Shown here piece after piece: positions 41,066 to 53,744 of a stretch of DNA of 64,000 nt. Under the pieces are notes generated by a model. The model did not search any database, was not told the DNA's origin, and saw nothing but the letters and a program-made list of their open reading frames with translations. Position 1 is the stretch's first letter. The number at the start of each line of letters is the position of its first letter. Made by a program: the position numbers and the translations under genes. The stretch comes from an uncultured Acidobacteriota bacterium (lineage in GTDB: Bacteria; Acidobacteriota; Terriglobia; Acidiferrales; UBA7541): positions 3,417,159-3,481,158 of the forward strand of contig OY969905.1 of assembly GCA_963704455.1 (NCBI GenBank), written 5' to 3'.

Positions 41066-41554
41066 ATGGAAATTGTTCAACAACTAGGCCAGCTTTTCCT
41101 GGAAGCCGTACCCACCGTCATCATTATTCTCCTTTTCTATTTAGTGCTGAAATACACGTTTTTCGGCCCCCTGATGCGCGTGATGGCGGAGCGTGAAGCC
41201 CGCACCGAGGGCGCCCGCCGCGAAGCTGAAGTAAGCCAGGCCGCCGCAAAAGAAAAAATCCGCGCGTATGAAGAGGCGCTCCGAAAAGCTCGCACCGCCG
41301 TTTATGCGGAGCAGGACACCGCGCGCCGCGCCATCATGGAATCGCGCGCGGCCGCGGCGCGTGAAGCGCGGACCCGCGCGATGGATCGTGTGAAGTCGGA
41401 AAAAGACGGCATCGCCAAGGAAGTCGCCGCCGCCCGCGCGCAGCTTGAATCAACGTCGCCGCAGCTTGCCGCCGAGATTGCCAGCCGGCTGCTGAATCCT
41501 CCACCGGCCGGGCCGCGCCCAGGTTCAATTGCGCCGAGCGGAGCCGTCCGATGA
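41066..41554 (+). CDS. F-type ATP synthase subunit b' (second b-type subunit)
   Basis: Single N-terminal TM, then a long Ala/Arg/Glu coiled coil. First gene of the atp block. Confidence 0.7.
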   Translation: MEIVQQLGQLFLEAVPTVIIILLFYLVLKYTFFGPLMRVMAEREARTEGARREAEVSQAAAKEKIRAYEEALRKARTAVYAEQDTARRAIMESRAAAAREARTRAMDRVKSEKDGIAKEVAAARAQLESTSPQLAAEIASRLLNPPPAGPRPGSIAPSGAVR

Positions 41555-42168
41555 GCAAGCTCGCCAAACGCTTTTCTCTGGCACTTCTTACACTTGCTCT
41601 GACAGGTATGTTCGCTGCTCTCCCCGCGCGCGCCGCCGACGAAGCCGCCAATCAAGATCCCGTCGAATCGCCCATCGGCACGGTTTTCAAGTGGCTGAAC
41701 TTCGCCATTGTGTTTGGCGCCATCGGATATTTGCTGGTGAAGAAAGCCCCGCCAATATTTCGCGCGCGTGCGGACCAAATCGCTGCGGGCATCGAATCAG
41801 CCCATGCGGTAAAGGCCGAAGCCGATCGCCAGCTCCGCGAAGCCGAAGCGGGCCTTGCGCGGCTCGACACCGAAACCTCCAAGATGCGCGACGCGCTCAA
41901 GAAGGATTTCGAGGATGAATCCCAGCGCCTGCGGGTCGCCGGTAATCAGGAAATCGAGAGAATTGAGCGCGCCGCAGACGTAGAAATCGCAGCCGCCCGC
42001 CGCACCGCGCTCCTGGATCTGCGCGAACTTGCCGCGCGCCTCGCCGCAGGCCGCGCCGCCGTGCTCGTCGCGGAGCAAATGACGCCCGACCGCCGCGCAT
42101 CGCTGATGCAACATTTTGTAGACGAGCTGCCCACCGCCCCCAATTCCGGCGAAGGACGTGTGAATTGA
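41551..42168 (+). CDS. atpF: F-type ATP synthase subunit b
   Basis: TM plus coiled coil. Overlaps its neighbours by 4 nt. Confidence 0.75.
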   Translation: MSKLAKRFSLALLTLALTGMFAALPARAADEAANQDPVESPIGTVFKWLNFAIVFGAIGYLLVKKAPPIFRARADQIAAGIESAHAVKAEADRQLREAEAGLARLDTETSKMRDALKKDFEDESQRLRVAGNQEIERIERAADVEIAAARRTALLDLRELAARLAAGRAAVLVAEQMTPDRRASLMQHFVDELPTAPNSGEGRVN

Positions 42169-42701
42169 GACTCATCGCGGATCGTTACGCCTCGGCGCTG
42201 CTTGATGTCGCACAGCCACAGGGCTCGGCGGAAAAAGTGAAAGCCAGCCTCGACAATTTTGCCGCGGAAATCATCGAATCCGCCGACCTCCAGCATTTTC
42301 TCGAGAATCCCGCCGTGCCCCGCGATGCAAAGCGCGGCGTTCTTGCAGAGTTGCTCGCGCTCCTCGGCGCAAGCCCCATCATGAGCAATTTTCTGAACGT
42401 GATTGTTGATCACCGCCGCGCCGGAATGCTGCCCGAAATTGCTGAAGCATACACCGCGCGCCTGAATCAGCGCCTCGGCATCGCGATTGCAGCCGTCACC
42501 TCGGCGGGGGAATTAAGCGCGCAGGAAAAAACGCGCCTCGTGCAAGGCCTCGAGAAGTCCACTGGCAAGAAAATTCAAGCGCATTACGCTGTTGACGCCG
42601 CGCTCCTCGGCGGCGCGGTCGTGCGCATCGGTTCCGTGATTTACGATGGCTCGGTCAAAGAGCAGCTCCGCCGTATGGAATCAGCTCTCGCCATCGAATA
42701 G
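42165..42701 (+). CDS. atpH: F-type ATP synthase subunit delta (OSCP)
   Basis: 178 aa. Position and OSCP-like sequence. Confidence 0.8.
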   Translation: MRLIADRYASALLDVAQPQGSAEKVKASLDNFAAEIIESADLQHFLENPAVPRDAKRGVLAELLALLGASPIMSNFLNVIVDHRRAGMLPEIAEAYTARLNQRLGIAIAAVTSAGELSAQEKTRLVQGLEKSTGKKIQAHYAVDAALLGGAVVRIGSVIYDGSVKEQLRRMESALAIE

Positions 42702-42806
42702 ATTCGCATTTGAATTTGCAGGGGCGGGTCTTTAGACCCGCCCTCTGAACACGCAAGATTCGGCGGGCAAATGGTACGCCCGCCCACACAAGAGGCTGGT
42801 GAAGGA

Positions 42807-44333
42807 ATGGCACAGATCAAGGCAGACGAAATTACAAAAATTCTGCGGGAGCAGATTGAAAACTATCAGCAGACCGTCTCGGTTGACGAAGTCGGCGCCG
42901 TAATCTCCGTCGGCGACGGCATTGCCCGCATCCATGGGCTCGAGCGCTGCATGTCCGGCGAAATGCTCACCTTCCCGCACGGCGTCACCGGCATCGCACT
43001 CAACCTCGAGGAAGATCAAGTCGGCGCCGTGCTCCTCGGCGATTACACCGAGATCAAGGAAGGCGACATTGTCAAGCGCACGAAAACGATTATGTCCGTG
43101 CCCGTCGGCGATGCCCTCGTCGGCCGCGTCGTCAATCCGCTCGGCGATCCGCTTGACGGCAAAGGCCCCATCGCCACCGGCAAGCGCTTCCCGCTCGAGC
43201 GCCTCGCTCCCGGCGTTGTAGACCGCCAGCCCGTCCGCGAGCCTCTGCAAACCGGCATCAAGGCAATTGACTCCATGATCCCCATCGGCCGCGGCCAGCG
43301 CGAACTGATCATCGGCGACCGCCAGACCGGCAAGACTGCCATCATCATCGACACCATCATCAACCAGAAGGGCGGCGACGTAATTTGTATCTATTGCGCC
43401 ATCGGTCAGAAGCGCTCGACCATCGCGCAGATCGTCAAGACGCTCACCGACGCTGGCGCGATGGAGTTCACCATCGTCGTGGCCTCGTCCGCCACCGAAC
43501 CTGCCACGCTCCAATACATCGCGCCATACGCCGCGTGCGCCATGGGCGAATTCTTCCGTGATTCCGGCCGCCACGCCGTCTGTTTTTATGACGACCTCTC
43601 GAAGCACGCCCAGTCCTATCGCGAAATTTCCTTGCTCCTGCGCCGGCCCCCGGGCCGCGAAGCCTACCCCGGCGACGTCTTCTACTTGCACTCGCGCCTG
43701 CTCGAACGGGCCGCGAAGTTCAGCAACGAACTCGGTGCCGGCTCGCTCACCGCGTTGCCCGTAATCGAAACGCAGGCCGGCGACGTTTCCGCCTACATCC
43801 CCACAAACGTCATCTCTATCACCGATGGCCAGATCTATCTCGAAGCCGATCTTTTCAACGGCGGCATCCGCCCGGCCATCAACGTCGGCATTTCCGTCAG
43901 CCGCGTCGGCGGCAACGCGCAAATCAAGGCCATGAGCAAGATTGCCGGTACTCTGCGCCTCGGCATGGCGCAGTACCGCGCCCTCGCCGCCTTCGCGCAG
44001 TTCGGCTCCGAACTCGATAACGTCACCCAGGCCCAACTCGCTCGCGGCCAGCGCCTCACCGAAATCCTGAAGCAAAATCAGTATTCGCCGCTGCCCATCG
44101 AAAAACAGGTGCTCGTGATTTTCGCGGCCACGAACGGTTACTTGGACAGCGTCGCTGTTCCCGACGTACGCCGCTTCGAAAGTGAGATGTACACGTTCAT
44201 GGACACTAATTACGGCGGCGTGCTCGCAAAGATTGCCCAGAAGAAAGCGCTTGACGATGAGATCAGATCGCTCATCGCTGAAGCGCTGAAAGCGTTCAAG
44301 GAAAAGTTTGTCGCGACTCCCAAAGCAAACTGA
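42807..44333 (+). CDS. atpA: F-type ATP synthase subunit alpha
   Basis: P-loop GDRQTGKT and ...[13 protein letters not shown]... ATG at 42807 with GAAGGA upstream. Confidence 0.97.
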   Translation: MAQIKADEITKILREQIENYQQTVSVDEVGAVISVGDGIARIHGLERCMSGEMLTFPHGVTGIALNLEEDQVGAVLLGDYTEIKEGDIVKRTKTIMSVPVGDALVGRVVNPLGDPLDGKGPIATGKRFPLERLAPGVVDRQPVREPLQTGIKAIDSMIPIGRGQRELIIGDRQTGKTAIIIDTIINQKGGDVICIYCAIGQKRSTIAQIVKTLTDAGAMEFTIVVASSATEPATLQYIAPYAACAMGEFFRDSGRHAVCFYDDLSKHAQSYREISLLLRRPPGREAYPGDVFYLHSRLLERAAKFSNELGAGSLTALPVIETQAGDVSAYIPTNVISITDGQIYLEADLFNGGIRPAINVGISVSRVGGNAQIKAMSKIAGTLRLGMAQYRALAAFAQFGSELDNVTQAQLARGQRLTEILKQNQYSPLPIEKQVLVIFAATNGYLDSVAVPDVRRFESEMYTFMDTNYGGVLAKIAQKKALDDEIRSLIAEALKAFKEKFVATPKAN

Positions 44334-44352
44334 TCGGACAAACACTTAGCTC

Positions 44353-46688
<2,336 letters not shown>

Positions 46689-46697
46689 TTCGCACGA

Positions 46698-47144
46698 ATG
46701 CTTCCTGACTCCATCGCTCTCGAAGTTGTCACGCCTGAGCGGCGCGTTATCCGCGCTGTTGCAACGGAAGCGCAGGTTCCCGCGTGGGACGGCTTCCTCG
46801 GCATCCTGCCCGGCCACGCGCCGTTGCTCTCGGAACTCGGTGAAGGCGAATTGAGTTACAAATCCGAGGGCCAAACAAGTTACGCCGCCGTATTCGGCGG
46901 TTACGTCGAAGTCCTCGCCAGCCGCGTGATCCTCCTCGCCGAAGCCGCCGAGCGCGCCGAAGAAATTGACGCCGCGCGCGCCGCCAAAGCGAAATCCGCT
47001 GCCGAGAAAATTCTCTCCACGCCCGGCGCATCTGACGATGCTGCCGCCGCCGCGCGCCGCGCAATCACCCGCGCCGAGCTGCGCATGAAAGTCGCCGCCC
47101 ACGCGACCGGCTCGGCCAGCAAGGAACTCGCGCATTCCGCATAA
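46698..47144 (+). CDS. atpC: F-type ATP synthase subunit epsilon
   Basis: 148 aa. Beta-sandwich plus C-terminal helices. Position after atpD. Confidence 0.88.
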   Translation: MLPDSIALEVVTPERRVIRAVATEAQVPAWDGFLGILPGHAPLLSELGEGELSYKSEGQTSYAAVFGGYVEVLASRVILLAEAAERAEEIDAARAAKAKSAAEKILSTPGASDDAAAAARRAITRAELRMKVAAHATGSASKELAHSA

Positions 47145-47229
47145 ATTCGCGTGGAAACTCCGCGAATCCCGGCGCGCCACCCAACATCTAATTCCGTAGG
47201 ATTTCTTCTAGCTTAAAGGATTCATTGAA

Positions 47230-47481
47230 ATGGTGAAGATGTACACAACCAACTGGTGCCCGGATTGCCGGCGCGCGAAACATTTCCTCAGCGAACGTGG
47301 CATTGAACTCGAAGAAATTAACATCGACGAATCGCCCGACGCCGAAGACCTCATCATGAGCGTCAACGACGGCCGCCGCGTAGTCCCGACGTTTGATATG
47401 AACGGTGAGTTTTTCGCCTGCAGCCCCTTCGACCCCGACCTGCTCGCCGAAAAATTCCGCGTCTCACTGAATCCCCGTTAA
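47230..47481 (+). CDS. glutaredoxin-like protein (CPDC active site)
   Basis: MYTTNWCPDCRRAKHFLSERGIELEEINID... Thioredoxin fold. Confidence 0.7.
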   Translation: MVKMYTTNWCPDCRRAKHFLSERGIELEEINIDESPDAEDLIMSVNDGRRVVPTFDMNGEFFACSPFDPDLLAEKFRVSLNPR

Positions 47482-47484
47482 CTC

Positions 47485-48663
47485 TCAATCAAACCCCACT
47501 CCCCGCGTCATCACCCCCGAAACCTCCATCTTCGCGTCCAGCAAAACCAAATCCGCGTCCGCCCCCGCCGCCAAAACTCCCTTCCGTTTTTCCAATCCCA
47601 ATAATTTTGCGGGCTGATATGTCAGCATCCGAACCGCATCCATCATCCCCACGCCCAACCCCAGAATATTTCGCAGCGCCCTGTTCAGCGTCAGCGCGCT
47701 CCCCGCCAGCTTTCCCTCCGCATTCCGCACCACGCCGTTGGTCACATTCACATCGATATCGCCCAGCCGGAATCTTCCGTCGCGCATCCCGGTCGCCGCC
47801 GTCCCATCGCTCACAAGAATCACTCCGCCCGCCGTCTTCGCCTTCAGCAACAACTTCATCGCCGCCGCGTCCACGTGCACTCCGTCCGCGATCAGTTCCG
47901 CCGTCACTTGGGGCGAAGTAAACACCGCGCCCAGCACTCCCGTATCGCGGTGCGAAAAAGGACGCATCGCGTTGAACACGTGCGCCGCATGACGCGCCCC
48001 GCGCTCGATCGCCGCCATCGCTTGCTCGTACGTCGCGTCCGTGTGCCCCATTGACACCACCAGCCCCGAATCGCACGCATCCCTCACCAGATCCAGCCCG
48101 CCCGCTACTTCCGGCGCGAGCGTCAGGATTCGCGCCATCCCGCCCGCCGCCTCCAGCATCCACCCAAACAATTCCGCCGAGGGCTTCGCGATCCACTCCG
48201 CCGGATGCACTCCCCGCCGCGCCGCGCTGATGAACGGCCCCTCATAATGTATTCCCAGAATTTCCGCGCGCGGGCTTGATCCTCTCCGCGCTCCATTCTG
48301 CTCCTTCGCGTATCGCGCGATTCCATCCGCGCTCGCGCACAGCCGCTCCGGAGCAGCAGTCACCGTCGTTGCCACGAATGACGTCGTCCCGCCGCGCGCC
48401 AGCGTCTCCGCCACGGCGTCGAGCGCCTCGGCCGTCCCGGCCATCACGTCTTGCCCGCCCGCGCCGTGTACGTGCACGTCCACAAATCCCGGCACCAGCG
48501 TTGCGTCCGGCGCCTCCACCATCCGCGCGCCTTCAGGGACGGTCACATCGCGCCGCGCCCCAATCGCGGTAATCGTGCCGCCCTCCACCACGGCCACCGC
48601 GTCCGCGATCTCCTGATGCGGCGTGAACGCCCGCCCCGCATGTACAGCCCATGTGCTCATCAA
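47485..48663 (-). CDS. nagA: N-acetylglucosamine-6-phosphate deacetylase
   Basis: ...GFVDVHVHGAGG... amidohydrolase metal-binding motif. 392 aa. Confidence 0.85.
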   Translation of the reverse strand: MMSTWAVHAGRAFTPHQEIADAVAVVEGGTITAIGARRDVTVPEGARMVEAPDATLVPGFVDVHVHGAGGQDVMAGTAEALDAVAETLARGGTTSFVATTVTAAPERLCASADGIARYAKEQNGARRGSSPRAEILGIHYEGPFISAARRGVHPAEWIAKPSAELFGWMLEAAGGMARILTLAPEVAGGLDLVRDACDSGLVVSMGHTDATYEQAMAAIERGARHAAHVFNAMRPFSHRDTGVLGAVFTSPQVTAELIADGVHVDAAAMKLLLKAKTAGGVILVSDGTAATGMRDGRFRLGDIDVNVTNGVVRNAEGKLAGSALTLNRALRNILGLGVGMMDAVRMLTYQPAKLLGLEKRKGVLAAGADADLVLLDAKMEVSGVMTRGVGFD

Positions 48664-49778
48664 TTGCTCGCCGTCTTCCCGCGATAATTAAAGTACGCCC
48701 ACACCTGCTCGCTCATCCGCGCGATCGCGTCCTCCAATTCGCTGTAATACCCGCGGTGATGCGCCGAAAAAAAGACCACCACAACGCGCCCATTGTCCGT
48801 TTCCAGGAATCCAACATCGTTCGCAATGTACGGCGGAAAATCTCCCGTCTTGTGCGGCGCGGACACATTATCCAAATACTTTGGAATCCGCGTGCGCATC
48901 TGCTGCTGCCGCAAAATCCGCATCATCTCTTCGCACGACTTCTGGCTCGCCGCCTGGTTCCGCGCGATCATCTCCAGAATGCGCCCCATGTCCCGCGCGC
49001 TCGAAAGCCCGAAGGGATGCTTGCCCTCGAAATGGAATCGCTCCGTGTCCGCGTCCGTCATCGTGCGCGGAAACCCGCGCCGGAATAATTCCTCCGGCGA
49101 CAAATTATTCCATGCCGGGTCCGCGTTCGCGCCCAGCGCGCGGAACCACTCAAACGATGTCCCCGTCGCCGTAATCGAGTCGAGGCCAAGCTGCCGCATC
49201 GTCGCCGTCACGTGCGCGGGCCCGCCCACGCGCGCGAACGCCATGTCCGTCCCCGTGTTGTCGCTCTGGATGATCATCAGCTCCAGCGCGTCGCGAAAAC
49301 TCAGGTTCAGCCCGTCGTCGAGCGTCCGCAGCACGCCCGTCCCAAACCGTTTGTCCGCCGTGGTCATCACAATGCGGTCCGCCGTGTTTAGCTTTCCCGC
49401 GTCCACCAGCCGGTACACATCCACCAGCAGCGGCACCTTGATCGTGCTCATCGTGTCCATCGCCGTGTCCGCGTTGATGGCCAGCTCTTCGCCCGTATCC
49501 AGGCTCTTCACGTAGATTCCCCAGTCCGCGCTCACGCCCCGGCCAATCTCCTCAATTTTGTGCTTCAGCAAATCAATCGGCTTCGGCGCTTCACTCTGTT
49601 GCTGTCCCTGCGTCCCCGCCAACAACAAGCAAGCCGCCATACAAGCTGCAGCAATCACCGCCAGCCGCAAGATCACCGCCCGTTGCCCAATCACGGTCAG
49701 TAGACCAATCGCAGCCCGTCGCAACCCAACTCTCTTTCGCATCAGCTTCCGCAGTCCATGGTTCAGTTTGTGTTTCAT
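48660..49778 (-). CDS. class A beta-lactamase-family serine hydrolase
   Basis: S-x-x-K (MSTIK), SDN and other class A motifs. ATG at 49776-49778 (MKHKL...). The longer GTG-start track ORF runs into the 49-bp repeat. Confidence 0.75.
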   Translation of the reverse strand: MKHKLNHGLRKLMRKRVGLRRAAIGLLTVIGQRAVILRLAVIAAACMAACLLLAGTQGQQQSEAPKPIDLLKHKIEEIGRGVSADWGIYVKSLDTGEELAINADTAMDTMSTIKVPLLVDVYRLVDAGKLNTADRIVMTTADKRFGTGVLRTLDDGLNLSFRDALELMIIQSDNTGTDMAFARVGGPAHVTATMRQLGLDSITATGTSFEWFRALGANADPAWNNLSPEELFRRGFPRTMTDADTERFHFEGKHPFGLSSARDMGRILEMIARNQAASQKSCEEMMRILRQQQMRTRIPKYLDNVSAPHKTGDFPPYIANDVGFLETDNGRVVVVFFSAHHRGYYSELEDAIARMSEQVWAYFNYRGKTASN

Positions 49779-49799
49779 GACGTGTATTTCGCTCCCCGC

Positions 49800-49848
49800 T
49801 CGCGCAAGAGTGTGCCACACCCCGCGCCCGCCCGGCCAACAAAACTCC
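49800..49848. repeat. 49-bp perfect direct repeat, copy 1 (tcgcgcaagagtgtgccacaccccgcgcccgcccggccaacaaaactcc)
   Basis: Identical to 50726-50774. Lies 22 nt upstream, on the opposite strand, of the beta-lactamase-like gene start. Confidence 0.85.
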
Positions 49849-50074
49849 ACAATGCGGGCCTAATCTGCGACGACTACCCGCGGGGGTATCATCTGCGGAC
49901 GCGGATCTAAAAACCATAAGAGGTGGAAAGGCTGTGCCGCCCTCTATGATGTTGACCTCACAGGCGGACAGAATATTGGCGAACAACAGGACGACAAGAA
50001 ACTACATATTGACTCGGTGTCGCGATATATAGTAAGACATATCGTACGACATAGCGCAAGAAGGGGCGCAAACA

Positions 50075-50710
50075 ATGGCTAACCATCGAAATGACTGGGA
50101 TTGGGGGTTTGCCGGTATTTTTGATGCTGGATTTGGACATCGAGAATTTAACTCTCAGTGGAAAGACTGGACCAACTGGGCAGGGTCCCGACGCCGATCA
50201 CAGATGTTCGAGTCCGGCGAAGTGAAGTTCATCCTCCTCCGCCTCATACAGGAGAGCCCGCGTCACGGATACGAGGTGATCAAGGCGCTCGCGGAGAAAA
50301 CGTGGAACTGCTACACGCCCTCAGCGGGTACCATCTACCCGACGCTGCAGTTGCTTGAAGATCAAGGTTATATTCGCGCGGTCGAGACCGCGGGCAAAAA
50401 GGTGTATCACATCACTCGCGATGGTGAACGATTCCTCGAAGAGCACCGCGCGAAACTTGACGAAATCTTGGAGCGCGTGCGAGACACTGTGCGCGATTTC
50501 GCTGGTGGCGCCATGGGGGATCTCAACGGAACGTTTGCTAGGCTTGCGGCGGTGACCTACAAGCGAGCATGGCGGAGGGGGCCGGAGGATCCCGCGATTA
50601 AGAGGGTGACGCAGATCTTAAGTGAGGCCGCGGATGAGATCGATCAGGTCTGGCAGAAGTCCGATGGTGCTGACCGCGAATCCGCGTCAAAATCTGAGGA
50701 CCACATTTGA
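50075..50710 (+). CDS. PadR-family transcriptional regulator with Trp-rich N-terminal extension
   Basis: ...VKFILLRLIQESPRHGYEVIKALAEKTWNCYTPSAGTIYPTLQLLEDQGYIRAV... ATG at 50075 with GAAGGGG upstream. Confidence 0.8.
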   Translation: MANHRNDWDWGFAGIFDAGFGHREFNSQWKDWTNWAGSRRRSQMFESGEVKFILLRLIQESPRHGYEVIKALAEKTWNCYTPSAGTIYPTLQLLEDQGYIRAVETAGKKVYHITRDGERFLEEHRAKLDEILERVRDTVRDFAGGAMGDLNGTFARLAAVTYKRAWRRGPEDPAIKRVTQILSEAADEIDQVWQKSDGADRESASKSEDHI

Positions 50711-50725
50711 AGGAACGGCCACCGA

Positions 50726-50774
50726 TCGCGCAAGAGTGTGCCACACCCCGCGCCCGCCCGGCCAACAAAACTCC
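50726..50774. repeat. 49-bp perfect direct repeat, copy 2
   Basis: Identical to 49800-49848. Lies 16 nt after the PadR stop and about 95 nt upstream of the 50868 gene. Confidence 0.85.
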
Positions 50775-50867
50775 GCTACCCCGCATCAACCTCTGATGAT
50801 AATCCTCGGTGGTATCATCACCCAATACGGTCGTCACAAATTATTCGCAAAGGCTTCGGTACCCGCC

Positions 50868-51524
50868 ATGAAACGAATCCTCACATTATTAGTCATAGCC
50901 CTGTGTTTCGGGTTGCAGATCCATTCGCAATCGCAGACCTCCTCCCCGCCTAAAAAACTCGGTAGTTTCGGTACTGACTTTGGAACCACACAGTTTCTTC
51001 CGGGTGGAATTGTAATTGTGACGGAGGAGGGTGCTAGGCGTCAGTACGCCTGGCGCGGACGCCGGTTTGTGCGTGTCCCAAATGGTCTGCCCCCAGAACT
51101 CAGGGGATGGAAATCGTTCGATTGGGAGGGTGTCGACTACTTGGACCAGATCGACAAGCAGGACTTCGAGTCCGAGATTAGACACTCATTACCTGGTGGC
51201 AGCAAAGTCAAAAAGGTGTTGGAAGTTGTGCAATCCCGAAGCGGAAGACACTTGGAGATTGTTTGCTATTCGCTCCCTACAACCGAACAGAACGAAGGAG
51301 TTAATCACGCAGACCTGTTCTTGGTAGGTTTGGACAGAATGGAAGGAACTCCTTACTTCGCATATACAGAGCGGTGGTCATTAAAACTCGCCGCCGCGGC
51401 TTCCTACGGCAACTTCACCTTAGAGAGAGTTCCCGGCGCAGGGCTTCTAGGCGTCCTTTATTCTTCCTCAGCAGGGGGAAGCAGCGCCTCCGCAGACGTG
51501 GACATTTATCGGATTATTCCGTAA
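50868..51524 (+). CDS. hypothetical secreted protein
   Basis: Signal peptide MKRILTLLVIALCFGLQIHSQ. No recognised domain. Confidence 0.5.
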   Translation: MKRILTLLVIALCFGLQIHSQSQTSSPPKKLGSFGTDFGTTQFLPGGIVIVTEEGARRQYAWRGRRFVRVPNGLPPELRGWKSFDWEGVDYLDQIDKQDFESEIRHSLPGGSKVKKVLEVVQSRSGRHLEIVCYSLPTTEQNEGVNHADLFLVGLDRMEGTPYFAYTERWSLKLAAAASYGNFTLERVPGAGLLGVLYSSSAGGSSASADVDIYRIIP

Positions 51525-51683
51525 TTGAAGGGAGTGCCGCACCCTTCGATTCTAACGGTGCGGCTTTTTGCCCCCGTTGGTTTTAAGGTCGGTAAGAAAA
51601 TTTACTATTGCCTGTCGATTTCTCCTTTTACAAACGTCGTACAATTGCCTGCACCTTGGGCCAATCATGAATGGGAGCGAACC

Positions 51684-52250
51684 ATGAATAGCCAAACGAT
51701 TTCACAATCCGAGCGCGACCGTCTTACGACGAACCTGAAAGAGACTCGCGAACGCCTTCTGCTCATTGTCCGAAGCCTTTCACCCGAGCAACTTGACTAC
51801 AAGCCCGCCGCGAACCGTTGGTCCGTCGCCGAAAACATCGAGCATGTCACCAAAGTCGAAGGTCTGATCCTTCAGCGCATCACCAACACTTTGCAGGGCC
51901 CCTCAGGTTCCTTCAATCCATCCGGTTGGCAAGATCGGGATGACGAGGTGGTTGCGCTCGTCCTAAACCGCTCCAATCGCTTCAAGGGACCCGACGCGGT
52001 GCAACCAACAGGCCAATGGCGGCACGATGAGCTCTTTCCCGAATTCGAGCAAGCTCGCCGCCGCACTCATGAATTCGCCGCCACCACGAACGCCGATTTG
52101 AGGCGTTCTACTTTCCGCCATCCCATCTTCGGCGAATTGGATTGCTATCAATGGTTGCTCATGCTCTCGGCGCATTCCGATCGGCATCGGGCTCAAATCG
52201 AAGAGGTAATGGCAACCGCGGACTTCCCGCGCGCAGCCGCCCACGCCTAG
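51684..52250 (+). CDS. DinB/YfiT-like (DinB_2 superfamily) metal-dependent hydrolase-like protein
   Basis: ...LDYKPAANRWSVAENIEHV...HSDRHRAQI... (the H, H/D and H positions of the DinB fold). Confidence 0.65.
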   Translation: MNSQTISQSERDRLTTNLKETRERLLLIVRSLSPEQLDYKPAANRWSVAENIEHVTKVEGLILQRITNTLQGPSGSFNPSGWQDRDDEVVALVLNRSNRFKGPDAVQPTGQWRHDELFPEFEQARRRTHEFAATTNADLRRSTFRHPIFGELDCYQWLLMLSAHSDRHRAQIEEVMATADFPRAAAHA

Positions 52251-52389
52251 GCCCAAAAAGTGGAAGTTCGCGGCCGGCGTCTTTCTGGCTGAAGCTAGAA
52301 ATCCGCAATCAACTGTCGATTTCTTCCGGCTCGAACGTCGTACTTATGCCCGGAACTTGGGCCAAGTCAACGCATTTCAGGAGGATGAT

Positions 52390-52923
52390 ATGAACACGAT
52401 TCGCAGGCGTAGCAGATTAGCTCTGGCCTTGGCAATTGCAGTTGGGTTCGGTCTTGCGGGCGCCGCCGCACCGCAGACGCCAAAGGACCCCGCCAACGCG
52501 GCGCTGGCGTTCGACAAACTGAAAACTCTCACTGGACGTTGGGAAGCAATGTCCGAAAAAGGAAAGGCCTCCGCCGCATATCAAGTTGTTTCCAATGGCA
52601 CCGCAATTCTCGAGCATGTAATCATTCCGGGAGAGGCGGAAATGATCACAGTCTATTACCTGGACGGAAATCGCCTGCTGCTTACACACTTCTGCGAAGC
52701 TGGAAACCAACCGCGCTTACAGGCGGGGGGATTCGATCCGAAGACCAACTCAATTGACTTTCAGTTTCTGGACGCCACAAATCTGGCAAGCCCGGATACC
52801 GGACACATGCACCATGTCGTGATCAAGTTTCGCGGGCCGTCTGAGATGGTTGAAGAGTGGACATGGTATCAGGGCGGCAAGCCCGGTTTCACCGTGCCGC
52901 TCGTTTATCACCGTATAGATTGA
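52390..52923 (+). CDS. hypothetical secreted protein
   Basis: Signal peptide MNTIRRRSRLALALAIAVGFGLAGAAA. Confidence 0.5.
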   Translation: MNTIRRRSRLALALAIAVGFGLAGAAAPQTPKDPANAALAFDKLKTLTGRWEAMSEKGKASAAYQVVSNGTAILEHVIIPGEAEMITVYYLDGNRLLLTHFCEAGNQPRLQAGGFDPKTNSIDFQFLDATNLASPDTGHMHHVVIKFRGPSEMVEEWTWYQGGKPGFTVPLVYHRID

Positions 52924-52943
52924 AAGCTGTCAGGAGACTCACC

Positions 52944-53327
52944 ATGCGCTACATGCTGCTGGTTTATTCAAGAGAAGCGGAAATGGCTCGGATGTCGGAA
53001 GAGGATCGAATCAGAATCACATCCGGGCACCATGCGGTGATGGAGGAAGCGGCTAGACAGGGAATCTTTCGCGGCGCCGAGCCGCTCAAGCCCACGGCGA
53101 CCGCAACCACGATTCGCGTCCAGGACGGCAAAGCATTAATTACCGATGGGCCCTTCGCGGAAACCAAGGAACAGTTGGCCGGTTATTACATCCTCGATTG
53201 CAAAAATCTCGATGAAGCAATCTCTTGGGCCGCGAAAATCCCCACCGCATGCAAAGGCGGCGAGGGTTGCATTGAGATCCGGCCCATTTCACCAATCCCA
53301 CAACCCGCTCAATCGGGCGGCATGTAG
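52944..53327 (+). CDS. YciI-like (YCII-related, DGPF-motif) protein
   Basis: MRYMLLVYSRE...[34 protein letters not shown]... Confidence 0.75.
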   Translation: MRYMLLVYSREAEMARMSEEDRIRITSGHHAVMEEAARQGIFRGAEPLKPTATATTIRVQDGKALITDGPFAETKEQLAGYYILDCKNLDEAISWAAKIPTACKGGEGCIEIRPISPIPQPAQSGGM

Positions 53328-53399
53328 AAGAATTTCTTTTTCACTTTATATGTCGAATCTTGGCGCGTCACACGTCGTGTCAATAGGAGGAAACACAAA

Positions 53400-53744
53400 A
53401 TGGAATACTTGCTGCTGATTTACGGGGACGAAAAGATCTGGGCCAAGCTGAGCAAAGCCGAGGGGGTTGCCGAGCAGGCCGCGTACCAGGCTTTCGGCAA
53501 AGAATTCGCTGGCTCAATCAAGGGCGGCAACGCGTTGCAGCCCACCGGCGCTGCCGCCACCGTACGCATGCGCGAGGGCAAGCGCCTCACCACCGATGGC
53601 CCCTTTGCCGAAACTAAGGAGCAGCTCGGCGGTTATTATCTCGTCGAGGCAAAAGACCGTGATGCGGCACTCGCCATCGCCGCGAAAATTCCCGGCGCGC
53701 GTTTTGGTTCCGTCGAAGTCCGTCCTATCATGAAGTTCTCGTGA
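53400..53744 (+). CDS. YciI-like (YCII-related, DGPF-motif) protein, paralog
   Basis: [11 protein letters not shown]...[34 protein letters not shown]... Confidence 0.75.
   Translation: MEYLLLIYGDEKIWAKLSKAEGVAEQAAYQAFGKEFAGSIKGGNALQPTGAAATVRMREGKRLTTDGPFAETKEQLGGYYLVEAKDRDAALAIAAKIPGARFGSVEVRPIMKFS

Noticed and set aside
49800-49848. A sigma54-like -24/-12 element (TGGCAC-N5-TTGC on the reverse strand) inside the 49-bp repeat.
   Set aside because: The GG-to-GC spacing is one nucleotide shorter than the strict sigma54 consensus (TGGCACG-N4-TTGC), so it is probably not a sigma54 promoter.
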